A DNA stretch of 25,750 bases, the filler included, from an uncultured virus (IMG/VR IMGVR_UViG_2061766007_000300) (lineage: Duplodnaviria; Heunggongvirae; Uroviricota; Caudoviricetes). It is 3 parts of one record of this genome, joined end to end, with 100 filler letters (N's around TTAATTAATTAA, not from the genome) between each part and the next. Parts side by side here need not be neighbours in the genome. Positions count along the whole stretch, not along the records: positions 1 to 968 come from IMGVR_UViG_2061766007_000300; positions 1,069 to 6,350 come from IMGVR_UViG_2061766007_000300; positions 6,451 to 25,750 come from IMGVR_UViG_2061766007_000300. The stretch is one strand, 5' to 3'. The notes under the pieces were generated by a model. It made no database searches and was not told where the DNA came from. It saw only the letters and a list, made by a program, of their open reading frames with translations. This document shows positions 1 to 7,381 of this stretch, in pieces. A program made the translations under genes and the position numbers. Each line of letters begins with the position of its first letter. Position 1 is the stretch's first letter.

Positions 1-299
1 TTCTCTTTTCCATTTCTATCATAATAATATTTTAATGTAAATAATATACCTTTGCACGTCATTCCATTTTTAATAAAGTTCTGAATCTGCGCATGAATCT
101 TATAATAGTCGTATGAAACTTTGAGATCGCGCGCTATATAATCAAATATCAACGGTTCATAATCAGAGTCAGATTTAATTTCTTTACCTTCTTTAAACTT
201 ACCATAACACGTCTTATGAAAATACCAATTACGAGAAGGCATGACCCAATCGTCTTTAGATTTATCTATTTCTTGTTTACATACTCTACAAATCGCCAT
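1..299 (-). CDS. Hypothetical phage protein with N-terminal CxxC...HxxC zinc-finger-like motif (3' end runs off the window)
   Basis: Manual translation from ATG at 299: MAICRVCKQEIDKSKDDWVMPSRNWYFHKTCY...; GGGAG RBS and a sigmaA-type promoter upstream; open to position 1. Confidence 0.8.
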   Translation of the reverse strand, partial: MAICRVCKQEIDKSKDDWVMPSRNWYFHKTCYGKFKEGKEIKSDSDYEPLIFDYIARDLKVSYDYYKIHAQIQNFIKNGMTCKGILFTLKYYYDRNGKE

Positions 300-328
300 A
301 AAATTCTCCCTATTTTCTTCCTATATAT

Positions 329-357
329 ATTATACCATAGAATCGAAAAAAAGTCAA
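329..357 (-). promoter_or_regulatory. sigmaA/sigma70-type promoter with extended -10
   Basis: Minus strand TTGACT-17 nt-TATAAT with upstream TG, followed by ATATATAG as in the other promoters of this window. Confidence 0.8.
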
Positions 358-362
358 ATTTA

Positions 363-396
363 ATAGACCAGTCTAGCCATAACTAAACTGGTCTAT
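363..396. terminator. Intrinsic terminator-like hairpin after the ATPase gene
   Basis: ATAGACCAGT...ACTGGTCTAT inverted repeat between two minus-strand genes. Confidence 0.6.
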
Positions 397-410
397 CTTT
401 TGTATCTATA

Positions 411-968
411 TTACATTTCTCTCATTTCGGATACTACCAATGCAAGCAAATCGGCCTAATCCTCTGTAAACTCACTAAGTTTCATACGACGAGACATAAG
501 AATTTCTATCTTCTTCATAATCGTATTAGCGACATCTACATTAACGTTATCGCCTTCACCTACTAGCTTAATCCAGAGGGCGCGAGCTTCATCTTGGAGA
601 GCTTTAAAGTCTATTTTTTCATCTGTTGAACGAATCGACTTTTCGACTACTACTGCGCCATGCCGCTCTTCTTCTTCGATAGCTTCGGCAAGCGCCTTAA
701 CGAACTCATCATACCCAAACTTAATGCGCGGCGCTAGATACTTAAATCTACTGCCAGCCACAACCGTAGGAGTCGCGCGAGTCTGAATCCATCTTTCTGA
801 TTCGCCCTTCTCATTCCAAGTCTGAGTAATTACACCAATAATATCAACCAATCCATTTACAATCTTAAGACATCTGTTATTTAAATCGGGTTGCGCGCCG
901 ATAGTTTTACCATCTGCATCTTGAACCTCTCTTAAATGACAAGTCATAATAAGACCGTAACCCATCAT
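411..968 (-). CDS. C-terminal part of a phage AAA-family (AAA_24/Sak4-like) NTP-binding protein; one in-frame TAG
   Basis: GYGLIMTCH, VDIIG and AGSRF segments resemble this family. The TAG at 456-458 reads through to ...TED(Q)ADLLALVVSEMREM-TAA at 411. The 5' part is lost in the gap. Confidence 0.6.
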
Positions 969-1012
969 NNNNNNNNNNNNNNNNNNNNNNNNNNNNNNNN
1001 NNNNNNNNNNNN

Positions 1013-1024
1013 TTAATTAATTAA
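1013..1024. other. Artificial scaffold linker
   Basis: TTAATTAATTAA (stops in all six frames) embedded in an N run; an identical linker is at 6395-6406. Confidence 0.9.
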
Positions 1025-1068
1025 NNNNNNNNNNNNNNNNNNNNNNNNNNNNNNNNNNNNNNNNNNNN

Positions 1069-1240
1069 AAGTAGGGAATTAGCGTATAAGAAATAAACCT
1101 ACCGCTTGCCCATGGCGAAGCACGGGCTGCGCAGGATGAAGGATGGCCTGTGAGTTTTAGAAACTTCGTATAATAAAGTTTCTCGTGAGCGTCGCCGCCT
1201 CACGTTAAAAAACCGACTAGAATAGGTGAGGGATGCCTAT
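1069..1240 (+). ncRNA. Allelic fragment of the large structured RNA candidate (matches 5456-5629)
   Basis: Near-identical to 5456-5629, with substitutions that preserve hairpins (GCCC/GGGC vs GCTC/GAGC). Confidence 0.6.
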
Positions 1241-1314
1241 NNNNNNNNNNCATTTACCTAACATATCGGTTAATTCAATTATAAAAGGATTTAGGAATCC
1301 TTTAAGGAGATTAT

Positions 1315-2788
1315 ATGGCAGGTACTATTTCAAGAGGCATTAAAGCCCCAATTATTCGAGAAGGCGACAACATAGCAGAAATTGTAGTTAATTCGGTTTT
1401 GAAGGCTATGGAAGAAGATAATTTCCAGTTGCATGAAAGAGATATTATAGCAGTTACGGAATCCGTAGTTGCGCGCGCGGATGGAAATTATTGCACGGTA
1501 GACGATATAGCAAAAGATATAAGATTTAAATTTGGAGATAACGCAACTATTGGAGTTTTATTTCCTATTCTTAGTCGAAATAGGTTTGCTATTTGTTTGA
1601 AGGGTATAGCGCGCGGCGCAAAAAAGGTAGTAGTTCAGCTATCGTGCCCTGCAGATGAGGTTGGTAATCATCTTATAGATGAAGATTTATTTGAAAAGAT
1701 GGTTCCAAATCCAACAGTTAATTTGTTCCATGAAGATACATTTGAGCAATTATTTGGTAAACCAGTTCATCCTTTTACCGGCATAAATTATGTTGATTAT
1801 TATAAGGAAATAATTGAGGCTGAGGGTGCCGAAGCGGAAATTATATTTGGTAATAGACCTACAGATATAATTTGGTATGCGCCGGACGTCATTTGTTGTA
1901 GTATTCATAATAGGGATAGCGTCGTAGCAAAGCTTAAAGCAGGTGGCGCGCATAGGGCCCTTACTTTATGCGATATTATGAATAACTCTCATTCTATGAA
2001 TGGCGGCTNNNNNNNNNNAGATGGAAATTATTGCACGGTAGACGATATAGCAAAAGATATAAGATTTAAGTTTGGAGATAACGCAACTATTGGAGTTTTA
2101 TTTCCTATTCTTAGTCGAAANNNNNNNNNNATAATGAGCAGTACGGTCTTTTAGGAAGTAATAAAGCGAGTGAAGAAAAGCTAAAATTATTTCCTAGGAA
2201 CGCGCAAGAAGTTGTCAATGAAATTCAAACTTTATTTTGGATGAATACTGGAATAAAGATTGAAGCGATGGTCTATGGCGATGGNNNNNNNNNNGTAATG
2301 AGCAGTACGGTCTTTTAGGGAGTAATAAAGCGAGCGAAGAAAAGCTGAAGTTATTTCCTAGGAACGCGCAAGAAGTTGTCAATGAAATTCAAACTTTGTT
2401 TTGGATGAATACTGGAATAAAGATTGAAGCGATGGTCTATGGCGATGGCGCATTTAAAGACCCAGTTGGTAAGATTTGGGAACTTGCGGACCCCGTAGTA
2501 AGTCCTGCGTATACTAAAGGACTTGAGGGTTTACCGAATGAGGTTAAAATTAAGTATCTGGCTGATAATGACTTTAAGGACCTTAATGGCGAAAAACTAA
2601 ATGAAGCGATTCGCGCGAGTATACGTGAGAAAGATAAGGCTCTTAAAGGAAAAATGGTTTCTGAAGGTACTACTCCGCGCCGATTAACGGATTTAATTGG
2701 GTCATTGTGTGACCTTACGAGCGGAAGCGGCGACAAGGGTACGCCCATAGTAGTAATTCAAAACTATTTTAATAACTACGCCGATTAA
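1315..2788 (+). CDS. Coenzyme F420-0:L-glutamate ligase family (CofE-like) protein, clostridial type; broken by gaps and duplicated segments
   Basis: N-terminus ISRGIKAPIIREGD...DIIAVTESVVARA, YGDGAFKDPVGKIWELADP, and C-terminal DLIGSLCDLTSGSGDKGTPIVVIQ; AAGGAG RBS. 2019-2120 and 2294-2445 repeat earlier sequence across N gaps. Confidence 0.8.
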
Positions 2789-2800
2789 TCGGCGTTATAT

Positions 2801-2891
2801 TGGGACATAGCTCAACAGGTTAGAGCCACGGCCTTATAAGCCGTAAGCCCTCACAAGGATTTTCCGAGTTCGACTCTCGGTGTCCCTACCA
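2801..2891 (+). tRNA. tRNA-Ile(UAU) with long variable arm
   Basis: D stem GCTC/GAGC, anticodon arm ACGGC-CTTATAA-GCCGT, 19-nt variable region, T arm CCGAG-TTCGACT-CTCGG, acceptor GGGACA/TGTCCC, ACCA end. Confidence 0.85.
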
Positions 2892-2899
2892 GTTTATAT

Positions 2900-2974
2900 C
2901 GCAGAGTAGAGCAACGGTTGTTCGCTTGGCTCATAACCAAGAGGTTGTGGGTTCGAATCCCGCCTCTACAACCA
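2900..2974 (+). tRNA. tRNA-Met(CAU), initiator-like
   Basis: Anticodon arm CTTGG-CTCATAA-CCAAG, C1:A72 mismatch, GTTCGAATC T loop, ACCA end. Confidence 0.85.
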
Positions 2975-3048
2975 TTAGTCCAGGCTAGCTCTAGACTTTA
3001 AACTATTATAGTATATTTGTTGGCTAGTAGAGAATATACTAAAATTTT

Positions 3049-3121
3049 TAGACGCATACAGCAAATATAAGATATAGACGAACATATTATTTTTTTCTTG
3101 TATCTTCAGCACTCGCGTCTA
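3049..3121 (+). ncRNA. 'CAGCAAA' stem-bounded RNA element (E1)
   Basis: TAGACGC/GCGTCTA closing stem, ATA-CAGCAAA, internal AAGATA/TATCTT stem; same layout as the elements at 6984-7249. Confidence 0.55.
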
Positions 3122-3132
3122 GCAACTTATAC

Positions 3133-3222
3133 GGCAGCGTATCCTAATTGGTAAGGAGCCTGACTTGAAATCAGGTGATGGTCGGAAGGCCACTGCGCGT
3201 TCGAGTCGTGCCGCTGTCGCCA
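3133..3222 (+). tRNA. tRNA-Ser(UGA), allele 1
   Basis: Anticodon arm CCTGA-CTTGAAA-TCAGG, long variable arm, G73, CCA. Confidence 0.92.
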
Positions 3223-3226
3223 TTAT

Positions 3227-3302
3227 GTCTCCGTAGCTCAGCAGGTAGAGCATCTGACTTTTAATCAGGTGGCCATGCGTTCAAGTCGCATCGGGGACAC
3301 CA
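3227..3302 (+). tRNA. tRNA-Lys(UUU)
   Basis: Anticodon loop CTTTTAA, acceptor GTCTCCG/CGGGGAC, ACCA end. Confidence 0.93.
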
Positions 3303-3435
3303 GTTTATTCTAAGGAGAAATATAACTATGACTAAGGAAATGGTACTGACTGGGCTTTATGCTCGGCGCAATAAACTTTATAGGAATGGTCGTAACGTAA
3401 ANNNNNNNNNNAAATTTATTGAGAGGAATATAACT

Positions 3436-3566
3436 ATGACTAAGGAAATGGTACTGACCGGGCTTTATGCTCGGCGCAATAAACTTTATAGGAATGGTCG
3501 TAACGTAAAGTCGCCGGGAGTTCTTAGGAAAATCGACCGAAAAATCCGACAGCTTCAAGCCGCAGA
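3436..3566 (+). CDS. Small basic hypothetical protein (truncated by gap; duplicate start at 3328)
   Basis: MTKEMVLTGLYARRNKLYRNGRNVKSPGVLRKIDRKIRQLQAA..., with AGGA(G) RBS in both copies. Confidence 0.6.
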
Positions 3567-3610
3567 NNNNNNNNNNCTTGTATCTTCAGTACTCGCGTCT
3601 AGCAACTTAC

Positions 3611-3698
3611 GGCATCGTATCCTAATTGGTAAGGAGCCGGTCTTGAAAACCGGTGATGGGTAAAACCACTGTAGGTTCGAGTCCTACCGATGTCGCCA
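3611..3698 (+). tRNA. tRNA-Ser(UGA), allele 2
   Basis: Anticodon arm CCGGT-CTTGAAA-ACCGG, variable arm, T arm GTAGG/CCTAC, GCCA end. Confidence 0.92.
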
Positions 3699-3702
3699 CC
3701 AC

Positions 3703-3757
3703 GTCCTCGTAGCTCAGCAGGTAGAGCATCTGACTTTTAATCAGGTGGCCATGCGTT
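3703..3757 (+). tRNA. tRNA-Lys(UUU), partial second allele
   Basis: Matches 3227-3281 apart from the acceptor 5' strand; cut by an N gap. Confidence 0.75.
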
Positions 3758-3769
3758 NNNNNNNNNNTA

Positions 3770-3975
3770 GAATTATCCGGCAAAACTACTTAGCCCATAA
3801 TAAGTAGACCCGTTTAAAGAGAAAGGATAATTCCGTTTTGTACGCAGAGGATTTTATCGTATTAAACCAAGGAGTGGATAGGCGGTAAAAACGCGGTAAG
3901 GAGTGGCTGATAGACCAACTTATGGAAGTGTTGAGGTTTCAGAGGTAGGGAAGATTGGTAATTTCTTTCTGCGTA
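3770..3975 (+). ncRNA. Candidate structured RNA (two stem-closed domains)
   Basis: GAATTATCC/GGATAATTC (3770-3833) enclosing CTACTTA/TAAGTAG; TACGCAGA/TCTGCGTA (3841-3975); no ORF. Confidence 0.35.
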
Positions 3976-4038
3976 AAAAATGTATGTAAAGCGACAGGAC
4001 GCTTTATAATATATATTTATGGAGGATAGGAACTCTAT

Positions 4039-4362
4039 ATGAAGAAGTTGTATTGTAACTAGTATACGGATGAAATATTCGATACTGAAGAGAAGGCATT
4101 AGCTTCTGAGCAGAAGTATCTTGAAGCACAGGAAGCTAAGAAAAAGGCTGAAGCTGAGCGGAAGGCGGCGATTGAGAAGAAAAATTCTGAACGTGCGGCG
4201 AAGGCTAAGGAAGTCGAAGAGGCTCTCAAGGCGTATAATGAAGCGCGCAAGAATTACCAGCAGAAACTCGGTGAGTTTTGCCGGACATATGGTGCTTTTC
4301 ATACTTCGATTAAGGACGTAAATCCTTTAGACTTAGTAGACGCTATGTTTGACCTTATGTAA
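4039..4362 (+). CDS. Hypothetical coiled-coil phage protein, 107 aa; one in-frame TAG (codon 8)
   Basis: MKKLYCN(Q)YTDEIFDTEEKALASEQKYLEAQEAKKKAEAERK...FCRTYGAFHTS...FDLM-TAA; GGAGG RBS; missed by the ORF track because of the TAG at 4060. Confidence 0.8.
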
Positions 4363-4371
4363 TCTGTATAC

Positions 4372-4544
4372 GGGCGATAGGCAAGGATTAAAAGCCGCGA
4401 AGAAAATAATGCGCAGGAAGGGAACACGAGGAGGACCAACTCCGTGGCCAGGAATTTCGAAGTAGAATAAGTTGGAACTGGCTCTATGAAATAAGGTTGT
4501 GAAATCCTGATGCGATGCGGGAGATTGAAACGGCTCCCTCGCCC
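4372..4544 (+). ncRNA. Candidate ~170-nt multibranch structured RNA
   Basis: Closing GGGCGA/TCGCCC; internal AGGATT/AATCCT, CACG..GGAG/CTCCGTG, GCCAG/CTGGC and GGGAG/CTCCC stems. Confidence 0.45.
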
Positions 4545-4582
4545 AATTCTAAATTTTATAGTTAAAATTTAAATTCTAAATT

Positions 4583-4611
4583 TTGACTTTTTTTAAAATC
4601 TATGATATAAT
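4583..4611 (+). promoter_or_regulatory. sigmaA-type promoter
   Basis: TTGACT-17-TATAAT with TG extension. Confidence 0.8.
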
Positions 4612-4700
4612 ATATATAGAAGATAAGAAAAGAGAAAGAACTCTGAATTTCCATCTATTATCTATTTATCTTTCTATCTATCCTTCTTACTTCTGGTTTT

Positions 4701-4816
4701 CGGGATACCGCCAATATCGCTCTCTAGTAATTATGCGCGAGAGACTTAAGCAGCCGTAAAGGAAATCCTCATAAAACAAGTTGAGGTTGGTACGGATTAT
4801 GACGCGCAAAATCCCG
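4701..4816 (+). ncRNA. Candidate structured RNA downstream of the 4583 promoter
   Basis: CGGGAT/ATCCCG closing stem; TCTC/GAGA, CCGTA/TACGG and CCTCA/TGAGG stems; no ORF follows the promoter. Confidence 0.4.
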
Positions 4817-4858
4817 TTTAAAAAATCTCTCACCCTTAAATTTTAAGGCTTTAAAAAA

Positions 4859-4887
4859 TTGAAAGTTTCTAAAATTTATGGTATAAT
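4859..4887 (+). promoter_or_regulatory. sigmaA-type promoter driving the large ncRNA candidate
   Basis: TTGAAA-17-TATAAT with TG extension. Confidence 0.8.
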
Positions 4888-4893
4888 ATTTAT

Positions 4894-6068
4894 AGAGAGT
4901 GAGAGAGAAAGTAAAAACTTTATTCCTTTCAATTTACTTTCTCTCTCGAAGCTCAAAGCTTAATACAGGTAGATAAGCAAGCAAGGTGCGGCTATCTACA
5001 CGGTCCCAACTCCGTAAAGGTTAGAGTGACAACTAATCGAAGTAGAGGGAGCTTAAAGAGCCAGAGCAACGGCTAGGCAAGATACCATTGGCCAAGGTTG
5101 AGCCTTATGACGACCGCCCAAATCCGAGGTAGCTACTCGGCTGAACATATCGGGAATAGAATTGTGGGTCCCGTCTAAATCTTTTAAGTAGAATGGAAAA
5201 AGTTTACTACTAGAATCCAGCTTCTCCATAGGAACTGCAATAGATTCCTTAAAGGATTGGAGTAAGTAGAGTAGATTACTAAGGAATCGGACTATGCGCT
5301 TTAGTAGTTGAATTAGAATTAGTCGTAGTTAGGTATTAACTAGAGTTAGCCTTACTTCTATTGCTAAAATAACTTAGCGGCCCGCTCCGTCAATGCGGCG
5401 CGCCCTGTGCGATAAATAGGGTGACTAGGGTTCAAATAGTAAACACCCGCGTTTTTAGTAGGCAATTAACGTATAAGAAATAAACCTACCGCGTGCTCTT
5501 GGCGGAAGCAACGAGCTGCACAGGAGGAGGGATGGCCTGTGAGTTTTAGAAACTTTGTATAATAAAGTTTCTCGTGAGTGTCGCCGCCTCACGTTAAAAA
5601 ACCGACTAGAATAGGTGAGGGATGCCTATTGACTTTCAAGGATGTGGTACGCGTTAGTCCGAAGTTCAAGATGAACTTAGAGGCCGTTCTTCTTAGGACG
5701 ACCTCAGGTTATGGGTAGGTACTTCTATAAGGATTAGACAGTATCTCGGAAGTACGTATTTATCCGAGCGGGTAGGCCATCAATCCGCGATATAAAAAGT
5801 AATTAGTACCGATGGGAGGTCGCATGAACCTCAGAAAGCCTACGATTCCGGTGGGAGAAGAAATGCACGTGGGAAATAGGTAAAGAGAAAACCGTATGTG
5901 AGTAATTTACCTATCTTTAAGCGAAAGCGGGGTTCAGAAATAGTTGCAGACCGTAAGTAGTTTTAATGATGTGCCGGCTTTACAATAGTTAAAGTGGCCG
6001 AGTTTGGGGAAGTTCTTTGATAAAAAACTTTCTACCTTTTAAGGACTTTGGGTTACATAAGTCCTTTT
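4894..6068 (+). ncRNA. Large (~1.1 kb) structured non-coding RNA candidate in a GOLLD/ROOL-like context
   Basis: No ORF in the track, GC-richer than flanks, a dense series of hairpins, bounded by a promoter and a terminator-like hairpin (AAGGACTT/AAGTCCTT); compensatory changes versus the allele at 1069-1240. Confidence 0.7.
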
Positions 6069-6143
6069 ATAATTGAATTAACCACCCTCCATCTCACTTT
6101 CCTTTCTTTTCCGGTTATATCGGTTAATTCAATTATAAAAGGA
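6062..6143. repeat. 22-bp perfect inverted repeat
   Basis: TCCTTTTATAATTGAATTAACC (6062-6083) / GGTTAATTCAATTATAAAAGGA (6122-6143). Confidence 0.9.
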
Positions 6144-6176
6144 TTTAGAAATCCTTTAAGGAGATTNNNNNNNNNN

Positions 6177-6350
6177 ATTATGGGTAAGTACTTCTATAAG
6201 GAATAGATAGTATCTCGGAAGCTGGCCAGGGATGTGGCAATGTAAGTCTTCCCTCCAGGACTGCTGGATGACCCGAATAAGTTTGGGAAAGTTCTTTGAT
6301 AAAAACTTTCTACCTTTTAAGGACTTTGGGTTACATAAGTCCTTTTATAA
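6177..6350 (+). ncRNA. Variant 3' fragment of the large RNA with a shorter alternative internal segment
   Basis: Matches 5709-5752 and 6001-6072, but 6222-6279 replaces 5753-6000. Confidence 0.5.
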
Positions 6351-6460
6351 NNNNNNNNNNNNNNNNNNNNNNNNNNNNNNNNNNNNNNNNNNNNTTAATT
6401 AATTAANNNNNNNNNNNNNNNNNNNNNNNNNNNNNNNNNNNNNNNNNNNNGTAAAAATAA

Positions 6461-6537
6461 TGCGGCGTCGCCAAGTGGTTGAAGGCATTGGACTTTGACT
6501 CCAATATTCGTAGGTCCGAATCCTACCGCCGCAGCCA
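6461..6537 (+). tRNA. tRNA-Gln(UUG), allele 1
   Basis: TGCGGCG/CGCCGCA acceptor (U1-A72), TTGGA-CTTTGAC-TCCAA anticodon arm, GCCA end. Confidence 0.92.
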
Positions 6538-6548
6538 TTAAATTTATT

Positions 6549-6974
6549 ATGAAAGAAATAAAAGAATTTATAAAACGGCGTTTTCCACGGGATAATATGT
6601 GGATGAATGGAAATTGCTATTGGTTCGCAAGAATATTAGTAGATAGATTNNNNNNNNNNNNNNNNNNNNNNNNNNNNNNNNNNNNNNNNNNNNNNNNNNN
6701 NNNNNNNNNNNNNNNNNNNNNNNNNNNNNNNNNNNNNNNNNNNNNNNNNNNNNNNNNNNNNNNNNNNNNNNNNNNNNNNNNNNNNNNNNNNNNNNNNNNN
6801 NNNNNNNNNNNNNNNNNNNNNNNNNNNNNNNNNNNNNNNNNNNNNNNNNNNNNNNNNNNNNNNNNNNNNNNNNNNNNNNNNNNNNNNNNNNNNNNNNNNN
6901 NNNNNNNNNNNNNNNNNNNNNNNNNNNNNNNTCCTTTATGGTATGATAGGTTGGTTAGAGATTGTATTAATTAA
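6549..6974 (+). CDS. Gapped duplicate of the 95-aa gene at 7382-7669
   Basis: Same N- and C-termini as 7382-7669 on either side of an N run. Confidence 0.6.
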   Translation: MKEIKEFIKRRFPRDNMWMNGNCYWFARILVDRXXXXXXXXXXXXXXXXXXXXXXXXXXXXXXXXXXXXXXXXXXXXXXXXXXXXXXXXXXXXXXXXXXXXXXXXXXXXXXXXXXXXXXXXXXXXXXXPLWYDRLVRDCIN

Positions 6975-6983
6975 ATTAAATTA

Positions 6984-7249
6984 TAGGCTCGCGCAGCAAA
7001 TATAACTCACAGTGCATTTAGTTATTATTGTCCAGACTGTACGGACAGAGCCTTGGGAATTTTAAAGTTTTATATAAGACCCACCCAGCAAAGATTAAAA
7101 GAATTCTGTATTGGTAACTGAACTCATGAAGGGTCTTGAAAAGTTTATAAGGCGCATCCAGCAAATTTTTATTGCAAATAGGTTAATAATTTCATTTCTG
7201 ATCGAAATTTAGCGGTTCAAGTCCGCATTATAAATTAATGCCGCGCCTT
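6984..7249 (+). ncRNA. Tandem of three 'CAGCAAA' stem-bounded RNA elements (E2 6984-7054, E3 7076-7137, E4 7149-7249)
   Basis: Closing stems AGGCTC/GAGCCT, AAGACCC/GGGTCTT and AAGGCGC/GCGCCTT, each followed by 3 nt plus CAGCAAA; E4 contains tRNA-like D, anticodon and T arms. Confidence 0.6.
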
Positions 7250-7292
7250 GGAAGTTTAGACTACGAAAGTANNNNNNNNNNATAAAAACTAA

Positions 7293-7369
7293 TGCGGCGT
7301 AGCCAAGAGGTTGAAGGCATTGGACTTTGACTCCAATATTCGTAGGTCCGAATCCTACCGCCGCAGCCA
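7293..7369 (+). tRNA. tRNA-Gln(UUG), allele 2
   Basis: Same cloverleaf as 6461-6537 with two substitutions. Confidence 0.92.
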
Positions 7370-7381
7370 TTTAAATTTATT

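Noticed and set aside
4505..4535. Hammerhead ribozyme (CTGATG...GAAAC)
   Set aside because: The core reads CTGATGC rather than CTGANGA, and the required stems do not flank it.
1013..6406. TTAATTAATTAA motifs within N runs as a biological repeat
   Set aside because: Six-frame stop linkers used to join scaffolds; adjacency across them is not evidence of genomic linkage.
6984..7249. CRISPR array interpretation of the CAGCAAA elements
   Set aside because: Repeats are not identical, the conserved part is split around a variable-length insert, and no cas genes are visible.
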